From contig CM022665.1 of the NCBI GenBank assembly GCA_012295275.1, positions 48,050,001 through 48,114,000 on the forward strand: a DNA stretch of 64,000 bases, written 5' to 3'. Positions 52,126-64,000 of the stretch are shown one piece after another; position 1 is the first letter of the stretch, and each line of letters starts with the position of its first letter. The notes beneath the pieces were generated by a model. The model did no database searches. It had not been told where the DNA came from and saw nothing but the letters and a program-made list of their open reading frames with translations. The translations under genes and the position numbers were made by a program. Source of the DNA: Chrysomallon squamiferum (taxonomy: Eukaryota; Animalia; Mollusca).

Positions 52126-53337
52126 CGCAGTATGACGTCTCAACGCTTTTTACACTGCACTGAATCAGTCACGTGGTTAATTAACATTCATCTTAGTTAT
52201 TAACATTCATCCACATATTAGTTATCTTTTTATTAGTATCCATTTTTTTTTTTTTCGTTTTAAACTGGAAACGACACATTAGTATCAGAGCTGTGATGTT
52301 AGAAATATGACTACATTATTATGGAAAATGGCGAATTTATGTTAATGTCTGATTAAATATCAGTATATTTATTTCGTAATTATACGAGTTTTTAAAAATT
52401 AGTGTATTTTGTAGAATTATCTGTCAGAACTATTTAACCACACGTTACGTGGACGTCTGTGTTACCAGTGTCTGTAACATTCTTTGTGTCAATAAAATGA
52501 AATCATCGAATGTTTTTAATAAAATTTTATTTTCAGACATTTTAGCATGTGAGAAGATATCAGTTAAAATGTATCTGCTGAACACAACCTAACCCTATCA
52601 TAACTTTAAATTTAGAAGTTTCCTGACATTTTTTCTTTATGCAACCAAGAAATAAATGTTTTAAATTTATCAACATTATTTGCCCTACTATGACTCCTGA
52701 ATGTTTGGTCTAGATTTACATTTTGGTTAACACAGTATATGTATGTACCAATGAACAAAAAACATACATAAACAATGACTTTTATTCATTCTTGTTTTTC
52801 CTTTTATTATTATTATTAATTTGTTTCTCTGGGGTTTTTTCAATGTTTTTTATTTTTATATGAATCACTAGTTGAAATATAAAGCAACTGCAAGATAGAA
52901 AAAAGAAAAGAAAAGAAAAGAACATTCATCACAATCTGTACTTAAATAAAACATTTACCAGAAGTAACCAAAAAAATAACAACACCAGTTAAATCAGTTA
53001 ACATTTATTGCAGTAAAACCTTCAAATCAAGCAAAACATGTTTAAAGGTTACTATACAGTGTATTCTTCCAATAAATAGAGTTTTCACAAAATGTACAGA
53101 ACCTCCACTTGAGCGTAATACACTATTTGCAAATCATAAAGTAAAATCTAAATTTCATTGAGAAAAAAAGAAAAAATAGAAGTTATACAACCAGCAATGC
53201 TCACACTATAAATCAATAAATACACATTTTTATCCAGTAATATTAAGTTGTTGTTGTTTTTTTTTTACTTTTTAGCAAGCATGCTATTTAGTATCACACA
53301 AACGTTTATGTAAAAATGAAAAACACATGTAAAACAA

Positions 53338-53372
<35 letters not shown>

Positions 53373-53682
53373 AAAAAATGAGCAGACTGACACAACACAA
53401 CATAAACAACACCTGGCTTCTTTTCAGCGAAAACTCGAACAGGTAGCTGAGAGACACACGAAACTTGAAAGAAGCCTGACCTATGTTTGCTGATCAGACC
53501 CAAGCAGTGAGAGACGGGGAAGCCAGGTGAGAGAGAGAAACGCTCCAGAATCACAGAGAAATCCAGATGAAGGCTTCTTGTACACAGACACATCACAGAC
53601 TGAGTACACAGACAGTGTTAAATACAGCTTAATAGTTCAGTGTTAAATACAGGACGTATTACATTATTACGAGATACAAGAA

Positions 53683-53870
53683 ATATTTCAGTAATATAGA
53701 ATTAATACAAGTTTTATTTCAGTAATATAGTATTAATACAAGTTTTATTTCAGTAATATAGTATTAACACAAGTTTTATTTCAGTAATATAGTATTAACA
53801 CAAGTTTTATTTCAGTAATATAGTATTAACACAAGTTTTATTTCAGTAATATAGTATTAATACAAGTTTA
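53683..53870. repeat. 31-bp tandem repeat, about 6 copies
   Basis: agttttatttcagtaatatagtattaacaca. Confidence 0.92.
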
Positions 53871-55950
53871 GTTATAATGTATTTTAAAAACGTACTATTA
53901 AATCCAGTTTATACTGTGATACTGTTAATAAGACATAATTTTATCATACTAGTTATAATTTTATCATGATAAATAACAACGAAACAGTCAGTGGAGTACA
54001 GCTCAAGTTAAACAAACAATAATTACAACTTTGAAGTCAACCTGAGAAAAAGAAATCTATTTTTAGACATTATCAAGTGATAAACTTTATTATGGAATCA
54101 AGTATCATAAATGTTAAAATGATCATTCAATTTTTTTTTTTTTTTTTTTTAAATCAGTGATTTGATTTTGTAATAAACCTGATTTGATTGAAGAACTAAA
54201 CAAGGGGCTGTACTCCTCTGAACAACTTAACCCAACTGTGTAGAGCTGTTTACACTGCAGTTAAAACTTTACAAAATACACACCACATCTCCTGGAATGA
54301 CTCCTGACACAGCCAGCTTGCCAACACACAAATACCACAGAAACTGTAATTCTAAACCTTTTGATAATTGCCAAAACATGACTGGGAGAATACAGAAACA
54401 GCAATATTAAGAGAATTCTTAAAATAAAGACTTTTTTTTTTTTACACTGTCTTCACTGAACAGTAAACATGCATGTGTGAAGCATTCGCCGAGTAAAGAA
54501 AACATTTCTATCAAACATGATTAACTTTAAAAAAAAACAAAGAAATATCCAGTGAGATTTTTTTTAGTTTTTTACATTGTTTAAATGAAAGACATGGTGA
54601 TTATTGTAAACGTTGGTCCAAACACTTTGTGGAAAACAAACATGTCTCTGACCAGCCTGTCAATACCCAAAACTCTTCCCTGTCATGATACCAGACTAAC
54701 TTTCTGACAGTATACAAATTAAAACAGTGGTGTCAAAACACCACCAGTCATGCTAATGGAAATGGGCAACAGATTTGTAGATCACCCACCATAACAACAG
54801 TTCACTAATATACAACAGACCTGTACATTACCAACCATGGTAAGAGTTCAGTAATAAGCCATAGATTTGTACAGAACCCACTAACAATTGAGACACCAGC
54901 CTGACTGAGTGGGCCTGTGTTAAAAAAAGTGTTCAGTAGAAAGTGGAGATAAGCAGCAAGGCACACGTGAAGCCTGCATATTTCAAACTGATCTGGCCAC
55001 ACTCAACACACACAAAGCTAGCAGCGACACATCTACTTCGTGTATTGCACTCCTGGAATTAAAGTTTCGCGATGGAATGAGCATCAGTGACAGGGGAAAA
55101 CAATCTACTGGACAAACAACAGCTGTGTGAGACACGACTAACAAATATACACAGATAATCACAGTAACTGTACACTGGTGTTTTAACAACTGTACACTGG
55201 TGTTTTAACAATTGTACACTGGTGTTTTAAAAACTGTACACTGGTGTTTTAGTAATTGTATTAGTGATGTTTTAATAATTGTACACTGGTATTTTAACAA
55301 TTGTATTAGTGACGTTTTAATAATTGTACACTGGTGTTTTAACAATTGTACACTGGTGTTTTGCACTACTTGGTGAGCTAGCACTAAGAGAAGGCAGAGC
55401 AGATGAAATGTTACAGACAACAAGGTGGTAACTCATCACAGTATGTACATATGTATGTGTGTGTGTTTGTGTGTGTGTGGGGGTAGTTAAGTTTTGGCAG
55501 CAGGGGCTGTTCTAGACAAAAAAAAAAAAAAAAAATTTTTTTTTTTTTTTAATTATTTCAAACAAGAACAAAGAGAATAAAATTTAAATAAAAACTATTT
55601 GACAAAGCTGAGACGGGATCAGACCAGAGACTGCTGTGTGACAGACGAGTGTTTCTCTACAGCGTGCCACAGCTGTCCCTCCTCACTCTCGCTGTCCTCA
55701 TCACCCTCACCCACCCCGTAGTCCTCGAGGACATTGACAACACTGGCTTTCTGCTTCACCATCAGCTCCTCCGCCTGCTGCCACAACTCATCAACCTCAT
55801 CCTGCCTGACGGCCACATCGTCTAGAGTTACACAAGTAGTTTCATTGTTTGTATGACGAATTAAATCAGAATCAGACTGCCTGGAATCATTACCTGTCTC
55901 TCCAGACATGTCTCACTGAATTACCTCCCCTGTCAGCACACCTGTCTCAT

Positions 55951-58900
55951 TCAAGAAAGTAGATCTGAAATGTTCACACAGGTATCATTAACGTAGCTAT
56001 TAAATGTTCACACAACACATCAACACAATACTATCTATTAGGTTTAAACAATACATTAATATGAACTCAATATCATCTATTAAAATATAAACTCGACACA
56101 TTAATTTAACAGTATCTGTTAAATTTCTAATGCAACTGCAACTGTACATTAATATTAAGACAAGATTTTCCACTACATTTTGATGCAATATTCATAAATT
56201 AATTAAATTTAGGCCACAATGTGTTGTAAGTTAAAATTATCACATGTACAATTGTCTAATATGAAGCTATTTACTGTTGTTCAACATGGAGTTATATAAA
56301 GTTGTCTAACATGGAGCTATGTACAGATGTCTAATATGGAGCAATGCATAGCTGTGTACAGCTGTGTAAAGTTGTGAAACATGGATCAATGTACAGTTGT
56401 GTAATATGGAGCTGTGTACAGTTGTGTAATATGGAGCCATGTACAGTTGTGTAATATGGAGCTGTGAACAGATGTTTAACATGGATCTTTGTACAGTTGT
56501 GTAATATGGATCTGTGTACAGCTGTGTAATATGGAGTATGTACAGTTGTGTAATATGGAGCTGTGAACAGTTGTGTAACATGGAGCTGTGTACAGCTGTT
56601 TAACATGGAACTACGTACAGTTGTATAATATGGAGCTGTGTACAGTTGTGTAACATGGAGCAATGTAAAGTTGTGTAATATGGAGCAATGTACAGTTGTG
56701 TAATATGGAGCTGTGTACAAACCTGGGATATCTTGCCTTGATGACGTTTTTTCCTCGAAGGCGATGAACGGTGTTGGACTAGATTCCTCACAGTTGTTTA
56801 GCTTTAAAAGATCGTCACAGTTATCTCCCTTGTTTCCTTGTTCCTGTGTCTTCAACTGGACGGTTTTGTTAGACACAGAAAGGTCAATTATCTCCTCAAA
56901 GTCGTTGCCATGGGTAACAGTATCTGAGGTGCAAACACTATCCACTGATTTCAAGCTAATACTGAAATTATTGTAATTTACATTAATACTGAAATACACA
57001 ATTATTTTATTTTACATTAACACAGAAAATTCACAATTATTACAATTTACACTAATACTAAAAAAAAAGTTACTGTAATTTATATTAATACTGAAATACA
57101 CAATTATTTCATTTTACACTAAAACTGAAAAAACACAACCATTTTATTTTACACAAACACTGAAATGGATGCACTATTCTATTTCACACTAATGTTTAAC
57201 TAGACAATTACTTTATTTTACACAAATACTCAGCTAGACTACATTATTGTGTTTTACAGTAAATACTAAAACAGTTATTTTACTTCTTGTGAAATGACTA
57301 AAAATATTTAATTTGGTTTTGATTATAAACTGTTTGATTTGTACTAACAGTAACAAATAACACTGAGATGAATACACCTTTTACTGACTGCTGTGTTACT
57401 TGTGTTATCTACCAGACAATTAATGATATAGCACATACACATTTATTACTGAGTATTACCTAACTTGTTTTATCTGTCAGTACAATGCATAGAGAACCTG
57501 AACAACAAGTTACCATACTATCACTGAAATATATATTTTACATTGTCTTCCTTAATAAACAAAACATTCATACACTGTGAGTGTGTCACAAAATCTTCCA
57601 GTATCTCCTACAGATCATGGTAATAAAAATGTACTTGATTATGTCAGTAATAAAAGAAAACAGTAACAAGTTGACAGTTTACAGCATCCTTGGATACAGC
57701 TAGCTAATGTAATCTAAAACAGTGTAAGAGGCAACAAGAACTAGCCAAGTTGTACATGGCTGAAGTACAAAATAACAGAGTTCAGTTCAAACCTGTCCCA
57801 GTGTTACATAAACCTACTGAACATTCCAAGATACACATTACAGCTTTGCACACCCACCAAACAACTCAACAGACAACAAAAACTAACAACTGCGAGAATG
57901 GAACAAATCATTTAACCTGACAAACATTCAACACATTCAGACATTAACAAAACTGTTGTAGAAATCAGCATTATCTGAGAAAATACCTGTACGAGACATT
58001 CCCAGGTAACTCCAGGTCACCTGTCAGCCATGACAGACCTCGTTTACCTGTATACCTGTGCTGACCTCAATCCCAGTTAGCATAGCCTGAGTTTTCTAAA
58101 AGCTCGCTCACACAACCAGGATGAGACACACACCTGTACACAATGCCTGCAGGTCACACCTACCTTAGCACGCCGTTCATCATCCAGAACATTAAGTTAT
58201 GTCAACCGTGACATCACCGCCTCCTGTTAATTAGTTTGTTCTAGACATACACTCAGTGTGTCAACACCTTGTGTAAACAAGCACAAAACATTTGTGTGTG
58301 TCTGTTTTTTCTGTTTTAATTAAGTAACACACTCAGAGTGGCATCTCATGTTACACCAGTGTTTACTGACACTGTTGACATTAAAGATTTTTAACACATC
58401 AAATAATTTAAACACTGACTTTGTTTTAGTTTGTTATAAAAAGATCAATCCTCTCTATTTCAAATTTGTATAGGTATAAAAATAGTTTAAACTAAATTAT
58501 TTACTGTAATGATATATCTATATATATATATACACACATATATATAGGTACAATAGTACATATATGTGTGTATATATATATTGGGGTACTATAATAGTGA
58601 AGTTTCTTTGACTTGAAAATTGTATGATGAAACTTAATCATTATAAAAAAAAACAAATAAAATAAAATCAAAAATTTTGTTTTAATATACAACCATAAAA
58701 AAAAACACCCCAAAAAACAAATTAAAAAATAAAAGAAATAATTAAATACATTAAAAATAATAATAATAACAAAATAAAATAAAATCAAATAAAATAAAGT
58801 TTCCTAAAGTGACATAAATCTGTAAATCATTGATTTATCTTTTTAACTAACTGTTCTGACATTCTGATGTGTTTTAAAACAGTCAATATCTCAACTTGAC

Positions 58901-61900
58901 AGTTATAAATTGATACATTGACTCACAAGCTGTTTTAGTCAGAGAATTAAACATTTCTTGGCTAAATTAAACATTTCTTGGCTAAGTTAAAAATACACAT
59001 AACACATTTTATAGTTTTTTGTACAGCTTACGTCACTCATTATTTCAGTGTTTAACAAGATCTAAAGGAAACAAGATTTTTGGTAAATTGCAAGCAGGCT
59101 GGAGTCTGCAGATTTTTAATTATTTATTTAAGTAAAATTCAAAAATGGAAGAATTCACTGCTTAAATCTGTTTTTTACAACTAAAATAAAGAAATAAATA
59201 AAATATAAATAAATAAAAACCTAACAGTATTAAGTCACAACTCCTCACAAAGATTCTGTTGTATATAGAGTTTCTCTGCTGAGTGGACACACCATGTGAC
59301 AGCAAACTGTTAAAACTGTGTAGCAGTAAACCACACCAAGGTATTACACTGCACTCAGGAGAATGTGGTATCATATACCAGTGATTCTGATTTAGGTCAG
59401 TCCATGTTAAACCATGCAGTAATATGGAAAATTACAGCCCAACAATTTCTGAATTTGATACATACATACATATATATATAAAAAAAATATATAAAAAAAA
59501 ATAAAAAAATCTTGTTTATTTTGGTCTCAAATATTTATGAAATTTACAACTGTATTTACGTTACAAATCTACAGATGTCATTATAACTGTACAAGTCTTA
59601 ATAACACAGAGTAGCAAAGGAACAAGCAAATATTAGAGATTTACTTAATCTGTTTTGTTAGCTTTTGATTACTTGTGTTGTTTTGTTAGCTTTTGATTAC
59701 TTGTGTTGTTTTGTCAGTGTGTTTTCAAATCCTCTGAACTCTATAAGAATACAAATACTAACCTACTTGACAAGCTGACAGATGTACAAGACAAATCAAA
59801 CTGGTTTTATTTATACACAAGTGTATTTCTGTCAAAAGCCTAAGAACATACAACTCCTATATCTGTTTTATATCCACATTTTGCTGTAAAAATCTGGTTT
59901 ATCCTTGAAATGCCAATTCCAAAAGATTTTTTTCTTCATTTTTTTTTTTCTCCCTGACATAAAATATTTTAAAAACTAAATTATTGATTAACATAATGAA
60001 CTATAGTTTCCTACCTAAAACTCTCTTGACAGGAGTAAAACATTTTGTTATCCTGGATTACCTCATCGTACTGATTTAAGGGGACTTTTATATGAACATA
60101 TTTAAAACTCCAAATTATTAGCATTATGAATGAACAATGCTAACTCACCTAGATTCAACCAATTCTTGAGAGGAGTTTAAACATTTTCTTATCCTGTATT
60201 TTACAACCTGGTTTGGTTTTAAGGAATATTTATTTATGTAAAATATTTTAAAAACACAAAGTGTTGGTTAACTCAAAAAACAATGCTTACTCACCTAGAA
60301 TCGACCACTTCTTGAGAGGAGTGGAAAACATTTTCTTATCATGTATTGATTTGGTTTTAAGGAATTATTTATTTATGTAAAATATTTTAAAAACACAAAC
60401 TGTTGGTTAACTTAAACAACAATGCTTACTCACCTAGAATCGACTAATTCTTGAAACAAGTTTTGTTATCCTGTATTGGTTTGGTTTTAAAGAATATGTT
60501 TTTATATAAAACTGCTGGTTAACTTAAACAACAACAGCTACTCACCTAGAATCAACCAGTTCTTGAGAGGAGTGGAAAACGCCGTTGTGTGTGATGCCGT
60601 TCATGGCGGTCAGACTGGAAGCGCTTGTGCCGAGATCAACGAGAATCCCTGAGTCCGTGCCTGACTTCATCGTCTTGTCCTCGTCAGTGAGGTTAGACGA
60701 CGTCAGCATCACCAGGTCACTGAAAGGGTCAAACTCCCTGACTCCATTCCCCACAGCCTCCTTTGTTTGTTCATCTGACTTTCTGTTGTCCGTTTGTTCA
60801 CTCAGTGATGTCTCTCCACCCTTTTTTTCAACCTGAAACATGTCACTGAACTTGTTGTCCACTTCTATCATCTCACTGTCCTTGTGCTCAATATTAGACA
60901 TCTCACTGTCTTTGTGTTCAATAGTTAGACATCTCACTGTGTTTGAGTTCAATATCAGACATCTCACTTTCTTTGTGTTCAATATTAGACATCTCACTTT
61001 CTTTGTGTTCAATATCAGACATCTCACTGTCTTTGTGTTCAATATTAGACATCTCACTGTCTTTGTGTTCAACATTAGACATCTCACTATCCTTGGCTTC
61101 AGTACTAAACACTTGTTCGCTTTCTATATGAATTTTGTTTTCGCCGTCACTAGGCAGCTGTTCAGGTATATGTTTACACAGACCCTCAGTCGTGTCTACA
61201 TCTTTGTCCTCATCTTTGACGTCGTGCGTCTTGGACAAGTCCCCCTCCAGGCTGCGTGACAGCTCCCTGGCTGGCGGCAGCACCTCCCTGTCCAGAGCAA
61301 ACACCACGGACTTCTCCTCACCTTTCTTCTGCTTGTTCTTGCCCAGCAGACTCTGCAGAATCGGAGACTTGAACTTGGGCTGCTCGGTGGAGAGGTTCTC
61401 GCTCGACTTGCTCTCCACGAGGTGCTGGAGAAGAGGAGAGTGGAACTTGGGCGTGCTCACACCCGGGGTTCTCACACTGGGGGCACTCACACTGGGGGCG
61501 CTCACACTCTCCACAGTCTTGTCGACCAGCTGGGCTGGTTGTACTGGAGAACTCACTCTGGACGACGGCTTCTCTTCCGACGTCATCATGGTGGTGATGG
61601 TCGTGGATGCACCCGATGTTGTTACCACTGTTGTCATGGTTTCCACTGTTGTCATGGTTTCACCACTCTTGCTGGGAGAACTGTTCACTGACTTGGCTGG
61701 TTCTCAAACATGTGGAAGTCTGGTTCACCAAACTCTGATGAAGTCTGGGAGAACTGTTCACAACAAACATGATAGAAGTCTGGTTCTAATAAAACAACAA
61801 ACATTCACTGACTTGGCAGGAGACTGGTTCTAATAAAACAAACATTAACTGATAGAAGTCTGGTTCTAATAAAACAACAAACATTAACTGATAGAAGTCT

Positions 61901-63190
61901 GGTTCTAATAAAACAACAAACATTAACTGATAGAAGTCTGGTTCTAATAAAACAACAAACATTAACTGATAGAAGTCTGGTTCTAATAAAACAACAAACA
62001 TTAACTGATAGAAGTCTGGTTCTAATAAAACAACAAACATTAACTGTACTTGTCTTCACAATGAAGTGATGGGTATTCACTGCTCATCACCAAACATCAA
62101 AGATTTTTATTTAGTCACAAACATGTACCAATTTAAAAATTTAAAGAAATGCTTAAAAAACTCCAGAACTGTCACACTTTATAATATCAAAACATCTTTG
62201 ATGCAGTACTGGGTAAATCCCAACATCAACAGCACACGATGGCATTATGTAGCATTCTTTTATGAAATCATTATTTTATTAATTCATTCTCTCATTCACA
62301 CCAGTGACTGTGTATTCAAATTTAAACACTGCTGACTGTTAATTCACACATTTAAACTTCTTTACAGATTTACACTGAAAGGTTTTGAAAAGAGAAATTA
62401 ATAATAAAAAAAAAAAATTAATAAAAATTTACCTTTGGTGATTCTGATCCATCTGTTTTCACTCTCTTCATGATCATCTCCAGTCTCTGAAATAAAGCAC
62501 AGCTGTACTGGTAACACTCAACTCACTGTTCACTGCTCACTACGATGATTTCTTGTGGAAAATATTTTAATACAGTAACTCAATTCAAATATAAGTATCA
62601 ACTACTACAGACTGAACTTGTTTCTGTTCTGGTGTTATTACAAATTTATCAATGTATTTCACTAATCTTAATTAACAATTTTAATGTAAATTCAATTTTT
62701 TCTGTATGTATGTTACTAAAAACAAAAATATTGTGTTTTTGACATAAACAAACAAAACAGAGATGAATATTTATTTTACAGTGTCATATCATTTTTTTTA
62801 AATTTTTTTTTTTCTCCTTCTTCTTATTATCAGTATTATTTTTTTTCAGCTATCTCAAATTCCACATATCCCCAGTCTTTGTTTTCTGTTACAAACATCT
62901 CTAAAGAAACAAACTGTTGTCTCACATATTTCTAACTTTTCAATAAATACAGAAAGTTCTAACAGATCACAAGAAATGTAAAATATACCTAAAATAATTT
63001 TGTTGCCACAATTCAACCCTGACTGAGTAACAGTGAACTACAGAACACAAATCTAAATAAAACTAAAATATTTGTTCTAACACACCTTCTTTCTCTCCAG
63101 TCTTTCTTCCTCCTCTCGTATTTTGCGTTCTTGTCTTTCCTTCTCAAGTCTCTCAGCCTCTTCACGAGCTTTCTGTTCTGCTTCCTGTCT
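55951..63190 (-). CDS. MAP7: MAP7/ensconsin-like protein, 3' part; complement join(63190..63086,62486..62433,~61785..60546,56955..56723,55964..55951); more exons lie beyond the window (donor gtaagt at 63998)
   Basis: EEEERLERKK|RLEMIMKRV resembles the end of the MAP7 coiled-coil domain (ERKKRLEEIMKR) and is followed by a long Ser/Thr/acidic disordered tail. Splice sites are canonical. The large exon has a scrambled 5' edge and a 1-nt frameshift near 60924. Confidence 0.72.
56250..56720. repeat. ~26-bp array abutting the 56723 donor
   Basis: tgtacagttgtgtaatatggagctg. Confidence 0.92.
56723..56955 (-). CDS. MAP7: MAP7-like exon (LKSVDS...DFEEIIDLS...PFIAFEE...QDIP)
   Basis: Phase 2 acceptor matches the upstream donor; G|gtttgt donor. 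Confidence 0.72.
60546..61700 (-). CDS. MAP7: MAP7-like large low-complexity exon with a 10-aa repeat
   Basis: ORFs 60918..61688 and 60542..61087 join across a 1-nt insertion; AG|gtgagt donor at 60546; GC-rich, coding-like composition. Confidence 0.75.
61770..62046 (-). repeat. 39-bp array containing a MAP7-like exon acceptor
   Basis: Minus strand gttaatgtttgttgttttattag|aaccagacttctatca. Confidence 0.9.
62433..62486 (-). CDS. MAP7: MAP7-like exon (RLEMIMKRVKTDGSESPK)
   Basis: tttcag acceptor, AAG|gtaaat donor, 54 nt. Confidence 0.82.
63086..63190 (-). CDS. MAP7: MAP7-like exon (RQEAEQKAREEAE...ERLERKK)
   Basis: tatag acceptor, AAG|gtgtgt donor, 105 nt. Confidence 0.82.
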
Positions 63191-63519
63191 CTATAAATAG
63201 AATGTTTACATTAATAAAACACACATATATAACTTGTGTTTACATTAATAAAACACACATATATAACTTGTGTTTACATTAATAAAACACACATATATAA
63301 CTTGTGTTTTCATTAATAAAACACACATATAACTTTTGTTTTCAATAAAACATATAATAAAAAACACACATATATAACTTGTGTTTTCATTAATAAAACA
63401 CACATATAACTTTTGTTTTCAATAAAACATACACATATAATTTGTGTTTAAAACCACTCACTGATAAACAAAACAAGATAAAACATGTGAACAACTTAAA
63501 GAATGTTTCATTGTTAAAA

Positions 63520-63990
63520 CCACTCACTGATAAACAAAACAAGATGAAATTGTATAAAAACTCAAAGACTGTTTCACTAATAAACAAAACAAGGTGAAAT
63601 TGTATAAAAACAACTCAAAGAATGTTTCACTAATAAACAAAACAAGGTGAAATTGTATAAAAACTCAAAGACTGTTTCACTAATAAACAAAACAAGGTGA
63701 AATTGTATAAAAACTCAAAGACTGTTTCACTAATAAACAAAACAAGGTGAAATTGTATAAAAACTCAAAGACTGTTTCACTAATAAACAAAACAAGGTGA
63801 AATTGTATAAAAACTCAAAGACTGTTTCACTAATAAACAAAACAAGGTGAAAGACTGTTTCACTAATAAACTAAACAAGGTGAAATTGTATAAAAACTCA
63901 AAGACTGTTTCACTAATAAACAAAACAAGGTGAAATTGTATAAAAACTCAAAGACTGTTTCACTAATAAACTAAACAAGATGAAATGTAA
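63520..63990. repeat. 50-bp tandem repeat next to the donor at 63998
   Basis: ctcaaagactgtttcactaataaacaaaacaaggtgaaattgtataaaaa. Confidence 0.93.
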
Positions 63991-64000
63991 AAACTTACAG

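Noticed and set aside
56306-56720. TAPYYTTVH-repeat extension of ORF 56331..56999
   Set aside because: It lies beyond the G|gtttgt donor in an intronic ~26-bp array.
61135-61833. 232-aa plus-strand ORF
   Set aside because: Antisense shadow of the MAP7-like exon.
1-64000. tRNA, rRNA, transposase or reverse transcriptase genes
   Set aside because: None recognisable by eye; small ncRNAs cannot be excluded without covariance-model searches.

Overview
This is AT-rich, microsatellite-dense animal genomic DNA with GT-AG introns. It looks like an invertebrate, plausibly a mollusc, which I cannot prove from the sequence. Almost all long ORFs in the track are repeat artefacts. Four spliced genes can be rebuilt by hand with consistent intron phases: (1) the 3' five exons of a GT7-family beta-1,4-galactosyl/GalNAc-transferase (+, 4697-17309); (2) a CCDC83-like coiled-coil gene (-, 33283-23376, one internal exon not recoverable); (3) a complete dissatisfaction-like NR2E nuclear receptor (+, 40603-52125, 380 aa); and (4) the 3' part of a MAP7/ensconsin-like gene (-, running off the window end, stop at 55951). 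The most striking signal is shared by all four genes. At about ten exon boundaries, the intronic tandem array is made of copies of the splice junction itself (exon edge plus GT or AG). Each array has its own unit, and in several arrays the copies are most faithful next to the exon and decay into the intron. This leaves runs of decoy donors or acceptors and suggests that introns grow from their edges. Other points of interest: a Leu at the donor-specificity position of the transferase, a PIDLS motif in the receptor hinge, a candidate internal first exon and a dual-frame last exon in the MAP7-like gene, CpG-rich enhancer-like islands, and several locally scrambled patches that are probably assembly errors. 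Gene identities come from recalled family motifs, not database searches.
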